From contig CAXHJY010001432.1 of the NCBI GenBank assembly GCA_964016885.1, positions 13,277 through 77,276 on the forward strand: 64,000 nt of DNA, written 5' to 3'. This stretch comes from Eledone cirrhosa (Eukaryota). The translations under genes and the position numbers were made by a program. Position 1 is the stretch's first letter, and each line of letters starts with the position of its first letter. Positions 27,701 through 41,171 of the stretch are shown here, one piece after another. A model generated the notes under the pieces. That model saw nothing but the letters and a program-made list of their open reading frames with translations. It was not told the origin of the DNA and did not search any database.

Positions 27701-30362
27701 CCAATCCTCCGCCCTAGCATGGTGTCCGACCCTCTACCGACACTGCCAATCCACCACCCTAGCATCGTGTCCGACCCTCTACCGACACTGCCAATCCACC
27801 ACCCTAGCATGGTGTCCGTCCCTCTACCGATACTGCCAATCCTCCGCCCTAGCATGGTGTCCGTCCCTCTACCGACACTGCCAATCCACCACCCTAGCAT
27901 CGTGTCCGACCCTCTACCGACACTGCCAATCCTCCGCCCTAGCATGGTGTCCGTCCCTGTACCGATACTGCCAATCCACCACCCTAGCATGGTGTCCATC
28001 CCTCTACCGACACTGCCAATCCACCACCCTAGCATGGTGTCCATCCCTCTACCGACACTGCCAATCCACCACCCTAGCATCGTGTCCGACCCTCTACCGA
28101 CACTGCCAATCCTCCGCCCTAGCATGGTGTCCGACCCTCTACCGACACTGCCAATCCACCACCCTAGCATCGTGTCCGACCCTCTACCGACACTGCCAAT
28201 CCACCACCCTAGCATCGTGTCCGACCCTCTACCGACACTGCCAATCCACCACCCTAGCATGGTGTCCATCCCTCTACCGATACTGCCAATCCTCCGCCCT
28301 AGCATGGTGTCCGACCCTCTACCGACACTGCCAATCCACCACCCTAGCATGGTGTCCGTCCCTCTACCGATACTGCCAATCCACCACCCTAGCATGGTGT
28401 CCATCCCTCTACCGACACTGCCAATCCACCGCCCTAGCATGGTGTCCGTCCCTCTACCGATACTGCCAATCCACCACCATAGCATGGTGTCCATCCCTCT
28501 ACCGACACTGCCAATCCACCACCCTAGCATGGTGTCCGTCCCTCTACCGATACTGCCAATCCTCCGCCCTAGCATGGTGTCCATCCCTCTACCGACACTG
28601 CCAATCCACCGCCCTAGCATGGTGTCCATCCCTCTACCGACACTGCCAATCCACCGCCCTAGCATGGTGTCCATCCCTCTACCGACACTGCCAATCCACC
28701 ACCCTAGCATGGTGTCCGACCCTCTACCGACACTGCCAATCCACCACCCTAGCATCGTGTCCGACCCTCTACCGACACTGCCAATCCACCACCCTAGCAT
28801 CGTGTCCGACCCTCTACCGACACTGCCAATCCACCACCCTAGCATGGTGTCCGACCCTCTACCGAGACTGCCAATTCACCACCCTAGCATCGTGTCCGAC
28901 CCTCTACCGATACTGCCAATCCACCACCCTAGCATGGTGTCCGACCCTCTACCGACACTGCCAATCCACCACCCTAGCATGGTGTCCGACCCTCTACCGA
29001 GACTGCCAATCCACCACCCTAGCATCGTGTCCGACCCTCTACCGACACTGCCAATCCACCACCCTAGCATGGTGTCCGACCCTCTACCGACACTGCCAAT
29101 CCACCACCCTAACATGGTGTCCGACCCTCTACCGACACTGCCAATCCACCACCCTAGCATGGTGTCCATCCCTCTACCGATACTGCCAATCCACCACCCT
29201 AGCATGGTGTCCGACCCTCTACCGACACTGCCAATCCAGCACCCTAGCATCGTGTCCGACCCTCTACCGACACTGCCAATCCACCACCCTAGCATGGTGT
29301 CAGACCCTCTACCGACACTGCCAATCCACCACCCTAACATGGTGTCCGACCCTCTACCGACACTGCCAATCCACCACCCTAGCATGGTGTCCGACCCTCT
29401 ACCGACACTGCCAATCCAGCACCCTAGCATCGTGTCCGACCCTCTACCGACACTGCCAATCCAGCACCCTAGCATCGTGTCCGACCCTCTACCGACACTG
29501 CCAATCCACCACCCTAGCATGGTGTCAGACCCTCTACCGACACTGCCAATCCACCACCCTAACATGGTGTCCGACCCTCTACCGACACTGCCAATCGACC
29601 ACCCTAGCATGGTGTCCGACCCTCTACCGACACTGCCAATCCAGCACCCTAGCATCGTGTCCGACCCTCTACCGACACTGCCAATCCAGCACCCTAGCAT
29701 CGTGTCCGACCCTCTACCGACACTGCCAATCCAGCACCCTAGCATCGTGTCCGACCCTCTACCGACACTGCCAATCCAGCACCCTAGCATCGTGTCCGAC
29801 CCTCTACCGACACTGCCAATCCACCACCCTAGCATCGTGTCCGACCCTCTACCGACACTGCCAATCCAGCACCCTAGCATCGTGTCCGACCCTCTACCGA
29901 CACTGCCAATCCACCACCCTAACATGGTGTCCGTCCCTCTACCGACACTGCCAATCCAGCACCCTAGCATCGTGTCCGACCCTCTACCGACACTGCCAAT
30001 CCACCACCCTAGCATCGTGTCCGACGCTCTACCGACACTGCCAATCCACCACCCTAGCATGGTGTCAGACCCTCTACCGACACTGCCAATCCACCACCCT
30101 AACATGGTGTCCGACCCTCTACCGACACTGCCAATCCACCACCCTAGCATGGTGTCCGACCCTCTACCGACACTGCCAATCCAGCACCCTAGCATCGTGT
30201 CCGACCCTCTACCGACACTGCCAATCCACCACCCTAGCATGGTGTCCGACCCTCTACCGACACTGCCAATCCAGCACCCTAGCATCGTGTCCGACCCTCT
30301 ACCGACACTGCCAATCCACCACCCTAGCATGGTGTCCGACCCTCTACCGACACTGCCAATCC
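21690..30362. repeat. 45-bp tandem satellite (~190 copies) derived from the SINE 5' head
   Basis: Unit catggtgtccgaccctctaccgacactgccaatccaccaccctag. Its reverse complement matches SINE heads at 56917 and 62567. One 4-bp deletion near 23150. Confidence 0.97.
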
Positions 30363-30429
30363 AACAAAAGATAATGAAAATGATACAAAAAATGTAAAAA
30401 TAAGTAAATCCCAAATGAAATATGTTATG

Positions 30430-31395
30430 TGAGAGGGGGAGGGTGTTGATAAGAGATGGAGGTATATATATATATATGGGTGGTGGTGGGGTGGAGGTTG
30501 GAGAGTAGGTAGTTGGGTAGATGTGTGGGGGTGGAGGTTGGAGGGTAGGTAGATGTGTGGGTGGTGCAAGGGTGGAGGTTGGAGGGTAGATAGATGTGTA
30601 GGGGTTTAGTTGATGGTGGGTAGATGATAGGTAGATGTGTGGTTGGCTGGTTGGTTGGTTGGGGAAGGGTGCGTGGTTGGTTGATGGTGGGTGGTTGGGG
30701 GGAGGTTATTGATGGTGGGTGTTTGTGTGATGGGTGGATTGGTGGGGAATTGGTTGATGGTTGTGTGGTGGGTGGATGTGTGGTGGTTTGGTTGATGGTG
30801 GGTGGATTGGTGGTGGTTTGGTTGATGGTCGGTGGTGAGAGGAGGGTGGTTGGTTGGCTTGCTGGTAGGTTTGGGAGGGTGGGTAGTTGGTTGATGGTTG
30901 GTTGGAGGAGGGTGGGTGGTTGCTTTCCTGGGAAGTTAGGGAGGGTGTGTGCTGGCTTGGTGGGTATGTGTATGGATAGTTTGGTGCGTGTGTTAGTTGT
31001 TTTTTTTTGGGGGGGGGGAAGTGTGGTAGAAGGGCTTGTTTTGTTGATGGGTAAGGGGATTGATTATTTGGTTGGACAGTGGCTAGGTGAGTAGATGATT
31101 GGGTGGCTTGGTGGTTAGTTGATTGTTTACTGGGGGAGAGGCTTGTTTGGTTGGTAGGAGGGCGGGGGTTGGCTTGTTGCTTGTTTGGTGGGATGTGAGG
31201 TTTCGTTGGCTGTTTCGCTGGTAGGTGAGGGGTTTTGTTTTATGGCTGGTGAGGTGTGGGGTTTCGTTGGCTGGCTGGCTGGTAGGGTAGAGGGTTTGTT
31301 GGTTGGTTGGTGGGGTAGGGGTTTGTTGGCTGGTTGGTGGGTGGTTTGGTTATTCACTGTTTACCAAAAGGTGTCTGTTGAATGATTGGGTTGGT
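30430..31395. repeat. G/T-rich low-complexity tract
   Basis: Degenerate (GGT/GGTT)n immediately after the satellite. Confidence 0.8.
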
Positions 31396-32069
31396 AGGTC
31401 TTGCTTCTTGTGTTATGTCCTTGTCATGTTAACCGACTTTTTTCTTATATATATATATATTGTTTTTCTACCCAGTCCCCGTCAGCGTCTCCTGTTCCAG
31501 TATAAATGATTTCTGACAACTTTAAGAAAACCCAGAAACCTCTCGAAACAAACAACAGAATAATAAATAGAACACGTAAAGAATAAAATAAGAAGAAGCA
31601 TGAAAAGAAAATGTATGAAATGAACTGATGATGAGCAGATAGTGAAGTGGCAAGATATGTTGGGTAAAATGGAAGAGAGAGAAGAGAAGAAAGGGAGGAC
31701 AGACGAACATATCTACCACCATAAGATAGAAATGACAAAAATAGATAAAATAAAGGACACACACAAATATAAAGGAACATATATAATAATTCTTTCTAAC
31801 ATAGAAACAAGGCCTGAAGTTTGTTAGGAAGGGTTTGGGGGAAAGTCGATTACACCGACGTCAGTATTTCGTTGGTACTTTATGTTATCGACCCCCGCTG
31901 TTTGTGTCGTATATATATATTTATTAAAATAACAGATTAAAGTTTAAGCAAAGAATCGGTGCTTTCACCCTTAACGGGATCTTCTGAAACTAAAAGAATC
32001 AATCTGTAAACGCAGAACTAAATATTTCGAGCCCTCTTTGGATTTTAGTCTTCAATTTTATTATTATTA

Positions 32070-32134
<65 letters not shown>

Positions 32135-32283
32135 AATATATATATAAATATATATATATATATTTTTTTTTAGCTGTCGAAACGATTCTTTCTAATATAG
32201 TCACACTCTATTACCCCAAATATCGAGTACTCTTTTGGGCAATGATCTAACTAGTTTAAATCCTGGTTTAACCCTGACACACT

Positions 32284-32327
<44 letters not shown>

Positions 32328-33059
32328 CCGCTGTCTCTCTACGGATCTTTAACCAATTTCATAAGCTATTTTATATCAACTAACGATAATTGCAGTTATT
32401 TTCTGCTACTGAACTTCCTACATTTTCTGATACATTTTTATTTCCTCGGCACTTAGTAAGTTCGATAATTTTAGCCTCACACACCCACACATGCTGAGAC
32501 CAGAGAGACCACTAATCATGGGAGTACTCAATGAATGGGGAGAGATACAGTGAGTGATCGACCTGATTTGCATATTAGCAGACTGGCTGGTCAGTCAGAT
32601 CTGCATATTAGCAGATCCGCTGATCAGCTAGATTTGCATATCAGCAGACTGGTCAATCAGTTTCCTGTATACGAATGAACAATGGCCGGCTTTGAAACAT
32701 TCAAATAAAAAAAATAATAGATTAAAGTTTAAGCTAACCGTTTTCATTTAATGATAATTAAATATGAAGACTAAACGATATCTACTTTTAGGAGAGTTCA
32801 ACATTTCCTCGGGCATAAAAATGCATAAAAATCATATTTTAAAAAATTCTTCTGCTCACAAGCCTCGAATAATTACCTCCAGCTTATTAAATTTTGCTAA
32901 TCTATCTCAGGCGAAATTTTATTTTATTTTAATAACAATTAATTTTCTGTATACGTTATAAAACATTATACATGGCAAAAAAGTACATTACTAGAACTCC
33001 CATACGTTACAAAATAAATAGGATGGGTTAGGGTCACAATGTGTAAACTAAACAACTAA

Positions 33060-33350
33060 TTCGGGTAAGGTCATGAGTGCGATTTCCGGTGTCACGTTGT
33101 GTCCTTGAGCAAGACACTTTATTTCACGTTGCTCCAGTCTACACTTAGCAAAAATGAGTTGTATCTGTAATTCGAAGAACCGGCCTTGTCACATTCTGTG
33201 TCATGCTGAATCTCCCTGAGAATTACGTTAAAGTTACATGTGATTGTTGAATGCTCAGCCACTTACAAATTAATTTCACGAGCATGCTATTCCATTGATA
33301 GTATCAACTGAAAGTATCAACATTCGTCGTTGCAACCGACGGAGTACCAG
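33060..33350 (+). mobile_element. CORE-domain-type SINE copy
   Basis: tgtgtccttgagcaagacactttatttcac resembles the CORE SINE domain. A homolog lies at 46553-46780. Confidence 0.6.
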
Positions 33351-33699
33351 TATCTCTATATCTAGTCAGGATTTAGCTATTAAAAAAAAAAAACTGATCG
33401 ATAAAAGTGATAAGAAGGCTTCGAAATAACTTCGTTGTGATAGAAAATGGCCATTGTGCCTGACTATTGTGGAAGGTGTCACCCGCATCAGTAGGCTTCG
33501 TGGCACAAACGGAAGAAATAAATCTCAATATAAGGGTCGAGTGATATATACTTCACTGTACAATGTAGCTTTCCGGATATTATAAAGTATGTTTATTTAT
33601 GTATATATATATGTTTATATATATATATATATATATATACAAACACTTTATAATACCCGGAAAGCTACATTGTACACTCAAGTGTATATATATATATAT

Positions 33700-34000
33700 A
33701 ACGAAGGAAGTGTGGTAAGGAAGCACCAGAGTTCTTAATACTTAGGGTAGTATAGTGGGTAATAGGAAAATGTTTAAATAGAAAATGCTCAAGCCGTTTC
33801 GACGGCTATTTCTGGACTACTACGTATTTTAATTGTTTCTCCGGCGAACAGCTCGAAGTGCGATCTGTTTGTGGATCGAACTTGCGAATCCAGAGTCAGG
33901 TTCGATCCACAAACAGATCGCACCTCGAGCTGTTCGCCGGAGGAACAATTGTAATACGTAATAAATTGTGGTCCGATGCATCACTGATTCTTCGTTTTCC

Positions 34001-34038
<38 letters not shown>

Positions 34039-34230
34039 AACAAATAAGACCCCGACGGCTGAGCTCAAGCCGTTTCGACGGCTAATTCTGGACTGAATTA
34101 ACCGTCGAAACGGCTTGAGCGCAGCCGTCGGGGTCTTACTTGTTCCTATTACCCACTCTACTACCCTAAGTATTGAGTACTTTGGTGCGTTATGGTCCAC
34201 CTGGTTCCTTACCACATCTCCTTCGTTATA
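33700..34230. repeat. Cluster of fold-back pLTR-like repeats (family A and a second family)
   Basis: Family A minus copy at 33700-33817, palindrome at 33830-33950, family A palindrome at 34035-34150. Confidence 0.75.
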
Positions 34231-34240
34231 TATATATCTA

Positions 34241-34292
<52 letters not shown>

Positions 34293-34497
34293 TATTTCAC
34301 CGTATTTTTGACTAAAGGAATTTTAGCCTGATGATGGGGTTTAGAACCCTCAGATAAATGGAAAAAGATGAGTATTGACGTACATGTACGTTCTAAACCC
34401 CATTATCAGGCTAAAATTCCTTTAGTCAAAAATACGGTGAAAGCTATTCTATTTTCTAATTTCAAACCTGCTCACTGTTTCAAAACATACTTACTTG

Positions 34498-35063
34498 ATA
34501 TATATATGCATATATATACATATATGTATACACATATATACATATATATATATACACACATATATATACATATATACACACATATATATACACATATATA
34601 TATACACATATATATATACACACATATATATACATACACACATATATATACATATATATACATACATATACATATATATACATATATATACATACATATA
34701 CATACATATACATACATATACATATATATACATACATATACATACATATACATACATATACATATATATACATACATATACATATATATACATATATATA
34801 CATATATATACATACATATATATGCATACATATACATATACATATATATACATACATATACATACATACATATACATATATATACATACATATACATACA
34901 TACATATACATATATATACATACATATACATACATATATATATATATACATACATATACATATATATACATACATACATATATATACATACATACATATA
35001 TATACATACATACATATATATACATACATACATATATATACATACATACATATATATACATAC

Positions 35064-35112
<49 letters not shown>

Positions 35113-35120
35113 TATTATAT
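34498..35120. repeat. (CATA)/(TA) compound microsatellite
   Basis: Read directly. Confidence 0.92.
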
Positions 35121-36419
35121 AAGAGAATACTTACGAGTATCGCATGTTATTGTCATAGAGTTTACCTCTCCAGGGGTTTTAACCGTACTCCCCACGCTCA
35201 TCAATTGTAGGTTGGTGAAGCTATTTACCCCCATAGTTGGGGTGGATGGTTGTTGACACTGTGGAGTTCATCCACTTTCATCTAGTTCTTTTTTTATACT
35301 GGTGGGTTTCCACTTGCCCTCCTCGCCAGTTATATATATGTGTGTGTTTCTGTTTGAGTGTGCGTGATATCTTTTGTGTGGTGGGAGCATTGGTGTGTGT
35401 AATATATACTTGCTTTGGGGCATATGACATATATGCACAGAAATGTATGTATGTACCTGTAACTCCTTATAGATTCGTAGGCGTACTGTCGTGACATACA
35501 GTATGTCTTGGCCCCTTTAAACCTAGCGGTGGCCATCTCCTGGTGACAGCCGATTTCCCGAAGAGAAAGAGTGAGAGTGATAAATAGGAAGAGATATAGA
35601 GGAAGAATCAACCCCAATACTGAATTGATTCTTCTTAATCGATCTCCAAAGGATGAAAGATAAAGTTGACATCGGCGGAATTTGAAGCAACCGCAAAACA
35701 TTCAACCCGACTTTCTAACGACTCTACCAATTCAACACCTATGTACACACAGAAATATGTTTGATCCCCACACAAAACGACACGGACACCCACAGAAATA
35801 ATTCTTTCGAACATTGACAGAAATCCAGATATTTAGAGAAAGTGGAAAGATCCATTATATCAACGCCAATATTTGATTTGTACTTTATTTTGTTGATCCC
35901 GGCAAAAGGAAAAGAAAAATTGACCTCGTCAGGCTAATCCACTCCCACCTCCCCAACAACAGCGACAAGCAGATTGTTTGGTTTGATATGTAATGAATCT
36001 TACGTTCATTTCTATAATGCTTGTTTCAGCTATGTTATTTCAGCTGAACTATATACTCATTGGATTATAGTGTGAGTGAACTGACTGAATCTTTAGAGCG
36101 TCGTGTATTGAACTCGTATTGAGTGTTATCTAAGAAGAGCTGTGTAATTGTTTAATTATTTAACGACAGCTAATCATATCACAATCACGTGATTCAAGGG
36201 TGTACTTTCTTTTTTGCCTATATACCTATCCAACAGGTTCGAAGTACAGTTTGACTGTTTGAGGATTACACAATTATTTCTATCGTCACGGAATTACGTT
36301 CAGATTTGTTACTATTATATGCGAGCTTCAGCTTAGCAGTTTATTGTACTTCATTGTGTCGAAATAGAAAATTATAAACTACTGTTCCTTCTTCAATTAC
36401 TTCCGTGCATAAGGAAATA

Positions 36420-37017
36420 AACAAGACACAAAAGGCTTTGTAGTATTTAATTACAGCTCATTACGTTCTGAGTTCAAATTCCAACGAAGTCAGCATTGCC
36501 TTTCATCCTTCTAGGTTCGATAAATTAAACTAGACATTGAATCCTGGGATCGATGTAATCCATATGTCCTTACCCCAATTTTCTGGCCCTATACCAATAC
36601 CAGAACAAAAGAATTACAGTGAAGATGGAGGGCGGTGACATTGGCAGAATTGCTAGAGCATCGAACAAAATGTTTGAAGTATTTCTTCCGGCTCTTTACT
36701 CTCTGAGAAACCTTTCCCTTCCTCCTTCTGGGGTTGATAACATCAATTACGAACCACTTTCTGAGGTCGCTGTAATCGAATTTTCCTCCCCGTCAGCCAT
36801 ATTGCTGGCCTTGTGCCTAAATTAGGAATTACAATTTAAAAGGTGGTTAGGGCAATGAATAGCTAATATCGGTAAAGCATCGGAAAATATGCTTTATGGC
36901 ATAGTTACGTCGCTTTACGTTCTGAGTTCAAATCCTGCCGAGGTTAGCTTTACCGTTCATCCTTACGAAATTGATCAAATAAAGTACTAGTCCCGCACTG
37001 GGGTCGATTTAATCGAC

Positions 37018-37049
<32 letters not shown>

Positions 37050-37300
37050 TTGTTGGCCTTGTGTCTAAATCAGAAACCATTGTTTAAAGGCGGTGGGTTG
37101 GTAGAGTGTTTTGAGCCTCAAACAGATGTTTTACAATATTTGTTCGGCTATTACGATCTAGATGCAAACCCGGCGGAGGTCAACTTTTCCTAGCATCCTT
37201 GCAAGGACGATAACAAAATACCAATTAAGTACTGAGCTTCATATAATCGACATTCCTCTCCACACACGTGTTTGACCTTGTGTCTATATAAGAAACATTA
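36420..37300 (+). mobile_element. Head-to-tail cluster of ~4 diverged tRNA-SINE copies
   Basis: gagttcaaat B-boxes at ~36470 and 36924, and ggccttgtg...agaa 3' ends at ~36590, 36810, 37058 and 37275. Confidence 0.75.
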
Positions 37301-37467
37301 CAGTGTGAGTGGATAGGATTTCCGCACATGATAGTATATACCCTTAACCTTAACTTAGATTTCAAACAGGCCCTGTCTCATACAAGTACAATCTATGAGA
37401 TGGGGTTCAACCCTGTTACCAACTGTACATTAACAATTAGACCTGAAGTAAATGTCACTTGCCTGAT

Positions 37468-37872
37468 ACTGTCGGGTCACGAATAATGCCCCACCACCCA
37501 CTTATTAATTTTCCAGATTTCTTCCACCACCCCCCTCGCTCGTATTACAACCCCCTCCCGCTTATTAAATTTTGCTCAGTTATCTCCGGCGAAATTTTAT
37601 TTTAAGTAGTAGCATTCCTGCGACAATTAATTTTCTTTAGATAGTAAAAAAAATATACGTGACAAAAAAAGGACATTACTAGAAACCCCCATACGTTATA
37701 AAATAAATATGATATGTTGGGGGCTTCAATGTGTAAACTAAACGACTAATTCTGGTTTTGTTTTTAAATTAACGGAGAGAACCTAGAAAAATTACCGATT
37801 TTTAACCACCAGCACCACCCCTCCTCTCTCCCTAATATTTGAAACCCCAGTGTATGTCATTTATTGGAATAG
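37468..37872 (+). mobile_element. TIR MITE family copy (diverged)
   Basis: Begins tactgtcgggtcacgaataat. Internal sequence is homologous to 41172-41562 and the reverse complement of 49914-50298. Confidence 0.6.
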
Positions 37873-40151
37873 ATCTCGATGCTTCCTTATTGCAAAGATT
37901 TGTTTTAAAACATTCTGCCATGCAATACACACACATGTAAACCATACATATAAATAGTGTATCTATCAGTATAATTGTGGAAGTGTGGATATGCACACAT
38001 AAACATACATATATATATATATAGTACATATAAATAGTGTATTTATCTGTGTAAAAGTGTGATCATATATACATTTATATTTGTGCAGGCGTATGACAAA
38101 TTGAGGACACAACATTATAGCAGAGGAACTGTAAGAGTGATTATGGTGGTAATAAGGTCTTTTACAATGTCACACCTCCTCCAGCTCACCTAATTTCATC
38201 TGTCTTCCCTGTCCACTATCACTTTCCGCTTTCTCTGTCAACCCCCTTCCCCGTCTCCCTCTCTCTCAGTAGTCTCTTCTCCCTTTCTCCCTTCCCCGGT
38301 ATCTTTCTCTTCAATTATTCCTTCTCAATGTGTTTCATTTTATTTATTTATCTCTTCACCCCCCTCGTGTCTCATATATCACTTAGCAGCTTTTTGCAAT
38401 CCAACTCTCAACAGCCTAACATTGCAACATGTGCTGTAGAAGTTTATAAATAGACAGAGGGAATCCACCAACCAAACCTCCGTCTCACACCCAACACTGC
38501 ACTCATATTTCGTCTATTGAAAATGTCGCTTTTCAGTTTATTTAAGAATTGGGTAACCCTAAACACCGACCACCCCTTATGAGGATTATCACCAATATCA
38601 ACAAGGGTGCTGTAATATTTGTGACAGAAACACTATATCACTGTCACAAATGCTGCCGTTTCCTTTCTCCATGTACCGATTTCAAATCCCACCGCTGTAA
38701 ACTTTGCTGTTAACCCTTTCCTCAGTTGGGGTTAATAAAATAAGTTTTATTCACATGTTGAGGTGGTCTATACACATACGTCCTCCACAAAGTTTTGATC
38801 ATGCGCCAAAAGAAATAAATCAACGTTATCGAGTATTCGAAGTAAAACTGGTAGGAAATGCCGAGGAATGCATATTACACGAGAAAAAAGTTACTAAAGC
38901 GACTACTAAAATATTTAATGCATTAAGCCAAGAAATTATAATTAATTATTAGTTTCTTAATTAAAAAGTTATCTCAGCATTAAAAAAAAAATAATTAGTT
39001 AAAATTTCCATATTTTTCAAAGTCAAAATATGTGTAATATTTTTAAAAGGGTAAAAGTAAAAGCCCTTTAATTCTTGAGTTGCAGGGACGCCGTCCTGAC
39101 ACACGGCGTATCTTGGGCATTTTAAACCTAGCAAAACCCATATTTTCCTAGTTCGTAACTCAGTCGATTTCTTCCAGAGAAAGTGATAAAAGGAGAGATA
39201 GGGGAAGAATTGACCCCAGTACTTGACTGGTACTTTATTTGTTCATCTTGAAAGGATGAAGAGCAAAGTTGACTTCGGTGGGATTTGAACACAGAGCTGT
39301 GAGCAAGAGGCAGTGTCGAGACATATTTTATCCGACGTCCTAACGGATCTGCTAATTCACCGCCGTATGTGTAATGTTTACTATGTACGAAATATTGCCT
39401 AGTTGACAGGAATTCATTTCAAGAAGAACAGGGATATTGAGCTGATCGTGATTTACCCAAACACGGTGAAATGGAACTGAAGTGTATTGAAGCAGGATTG
39501 AAAACTGATTTGCACAGATGACTTGTCGTAAGGTATTTATTTTTTGCCATGAAGGGCGTGAGGGTTAGACAGGGTCTCGTGGTGGGATAGGAGACCGTAT
39601 GACTGACCTGTCAACTTGCTCTGTCCGATGGGGAGATCTCACACTCAATTTGGGGTCGTTGAGCGATGTCTTGTGAAAATGGGTATAGATTTCATTATGT
39701 AAAATACCACCATTTTGCCTCATTTCGGCGCACTTTTTTTCATTGTACTCCCCGTTTGGGCTTTTAAAGGTTGGAAGGTCTGGTATGAGGCGAGCTTCCA
39801 TCGTTTTAACATCGCAATAAGACGTCTTCTAACTCATTTGTTAACGTTATGCTTGATAAAACTGTTTGTTTTGAGTTCTGTGGCAATGTAGAGGTAGACA
39901 AAGAACATACTATTCTGACAACAAGTAGTACTGAACATGTCACAACACGTCCAAGTATGACGGAAGATACGGACCAGTGGGGACTGCAGACTGCAAAACC
40001 CCCTAGAGTGACATCACAACAAATTGTTGCAACAGTTGTAGGAACTTGATGGTGATGAAACTTATTTCTGGCTACATTGAGCTCTCTTTAAGAACATTTC
40101 TGAATGTTACTATGAGAAATTTTAAGGGTGCACATGAAGTCAATTGATATT

Positions 40152-40303
40152 TACACTCGGGTCTCGAATAATCTTCTCCCCCACGTTAATTAATTTTTCA
40201 GATTTACCAGATTACCAATTTTCCAACTCCACCGCCTATTCCAACTCCTTCAATTATTCCAACTCCCAACTTATTCCCCCCTATTACTTCAGACCCGAGA
40301 GTA
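40152..40303 (+). mobile_element. Short MITE with TIRs and TA flanks (Tc1/mariner-pogo type)
   Basis: TA-cactcgggtctcgaataat ... tattacttcagacccgagag-TA. Confidence 0.7.
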
Positions 40304-40609
40304 GTCAGGTATGAAACTCTTACTATGCACTATTCGGCTCTCTAATATATATTTTCAATGCTCCACTTAACAATTTCCCTATCAAAAATTAGCACCAAGT
40401 GGTTGTCACATGACGTGCTTTCCTGTTATATATATATATATATACATATGTGTATATATATGTGTGAGCGCACGTGTGGTTGTTGTTGTTGTTTAGCTTC
40501 AGGTCAATCCAGACCAAACCAATAGACAAGTGGTCAAATTAAATAATTTCCCTTTAAATATTTATTAATAAAATATCACATGATCCACATGACAGGTGCA
40601 ATGTGTCCG

Positions 40610-40925
40610 AACACGAAAGAGCCGAACTCCCACTGTCATCGACTCCATCTCTCTCGCCTTCCCCATCTCTCTGTGTTAAGAGCAAATGGAGGCCCACGTG
40701 CTAGCCTCCCCACAGCCCCGGCGGACAGAATGGAGAAGGCGTTTCCACGAAGGATGGTAAAGAAGATGCGCTGGAAGAGCCATTCCATCTCGCGAGGCTC
40801 ACACCTGCGGCTGGCCAGCACAGCGCCTATGGTAGTAAGTAGGGAGGTAGCCCTAGAGCCAAGGATATCAGAAGTCTCCACTGCCAAGGGCACAACCACA
40901 AACCTGTCGGAGAGCGACCGGTACT
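40610..40925 (-). mobile_element. 3' fragment of a CRE-like (restriction-like endonuclease) non-LTR retrotransposon
   Basis: VPLAVETSDILG...WLFQRIFFTILRGNAFSIL matches the P.A.ET.G..G...FQR....RGNA C-terminal pattern. Confidence 0.7.
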
Positions 40926-41171
40926 AATACACTATAGCCGTCACTGTCCTTACATTTTAGCGATATATAACACTTTTATTTAATATGGTTTTTTATTAAT
41001 CGATAGAGCATCTGAAATGTTTCTTCGTGGTATTTAGTTTCGGCCCTTTGCATACAGCGTTCAAATTCCGCCATGGTCAGCTTTCGAAGTCGATAAAATA
41101 AGTACCAGTTAACTAATGGATTTTGGATTATTGATATCTCCCGCTCCCTCAAATTTGTTGAACTTGTACCA

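Noticed and set aside
21690-30362. CRISPR-like array
   Set aside because: Monomers abut with no unique spacers, there are no cas genes, and the context is eukaryotic.
21661-30414. Giant ORFs (2897, 2406 and 1440 aa) of 15-aa Cys/His- or Pro-rich repeats
   Set aside because: They result from a 45-bp (multiple of 3) unit lacking stops in several frames on both strands. The unit is a SINE head, a 4-bp deletion swaps frames, and there are no unique domains.
31960-31990. Possible hammerhead on the minus strand (CAGAAGA-tccc...gggt-GAAA)
   Set aside because: The core U is mutated and there is no clear NUH or stem I. At best a decayed remnant.
39560-40050. Possible host exon or LINE fragment (ORFs 39565-39801 and 39849-40049)
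   Set aside because: No recognisable protein motif. A diverged copy at 47625-47765 indicates an old repeat rather than an exon.
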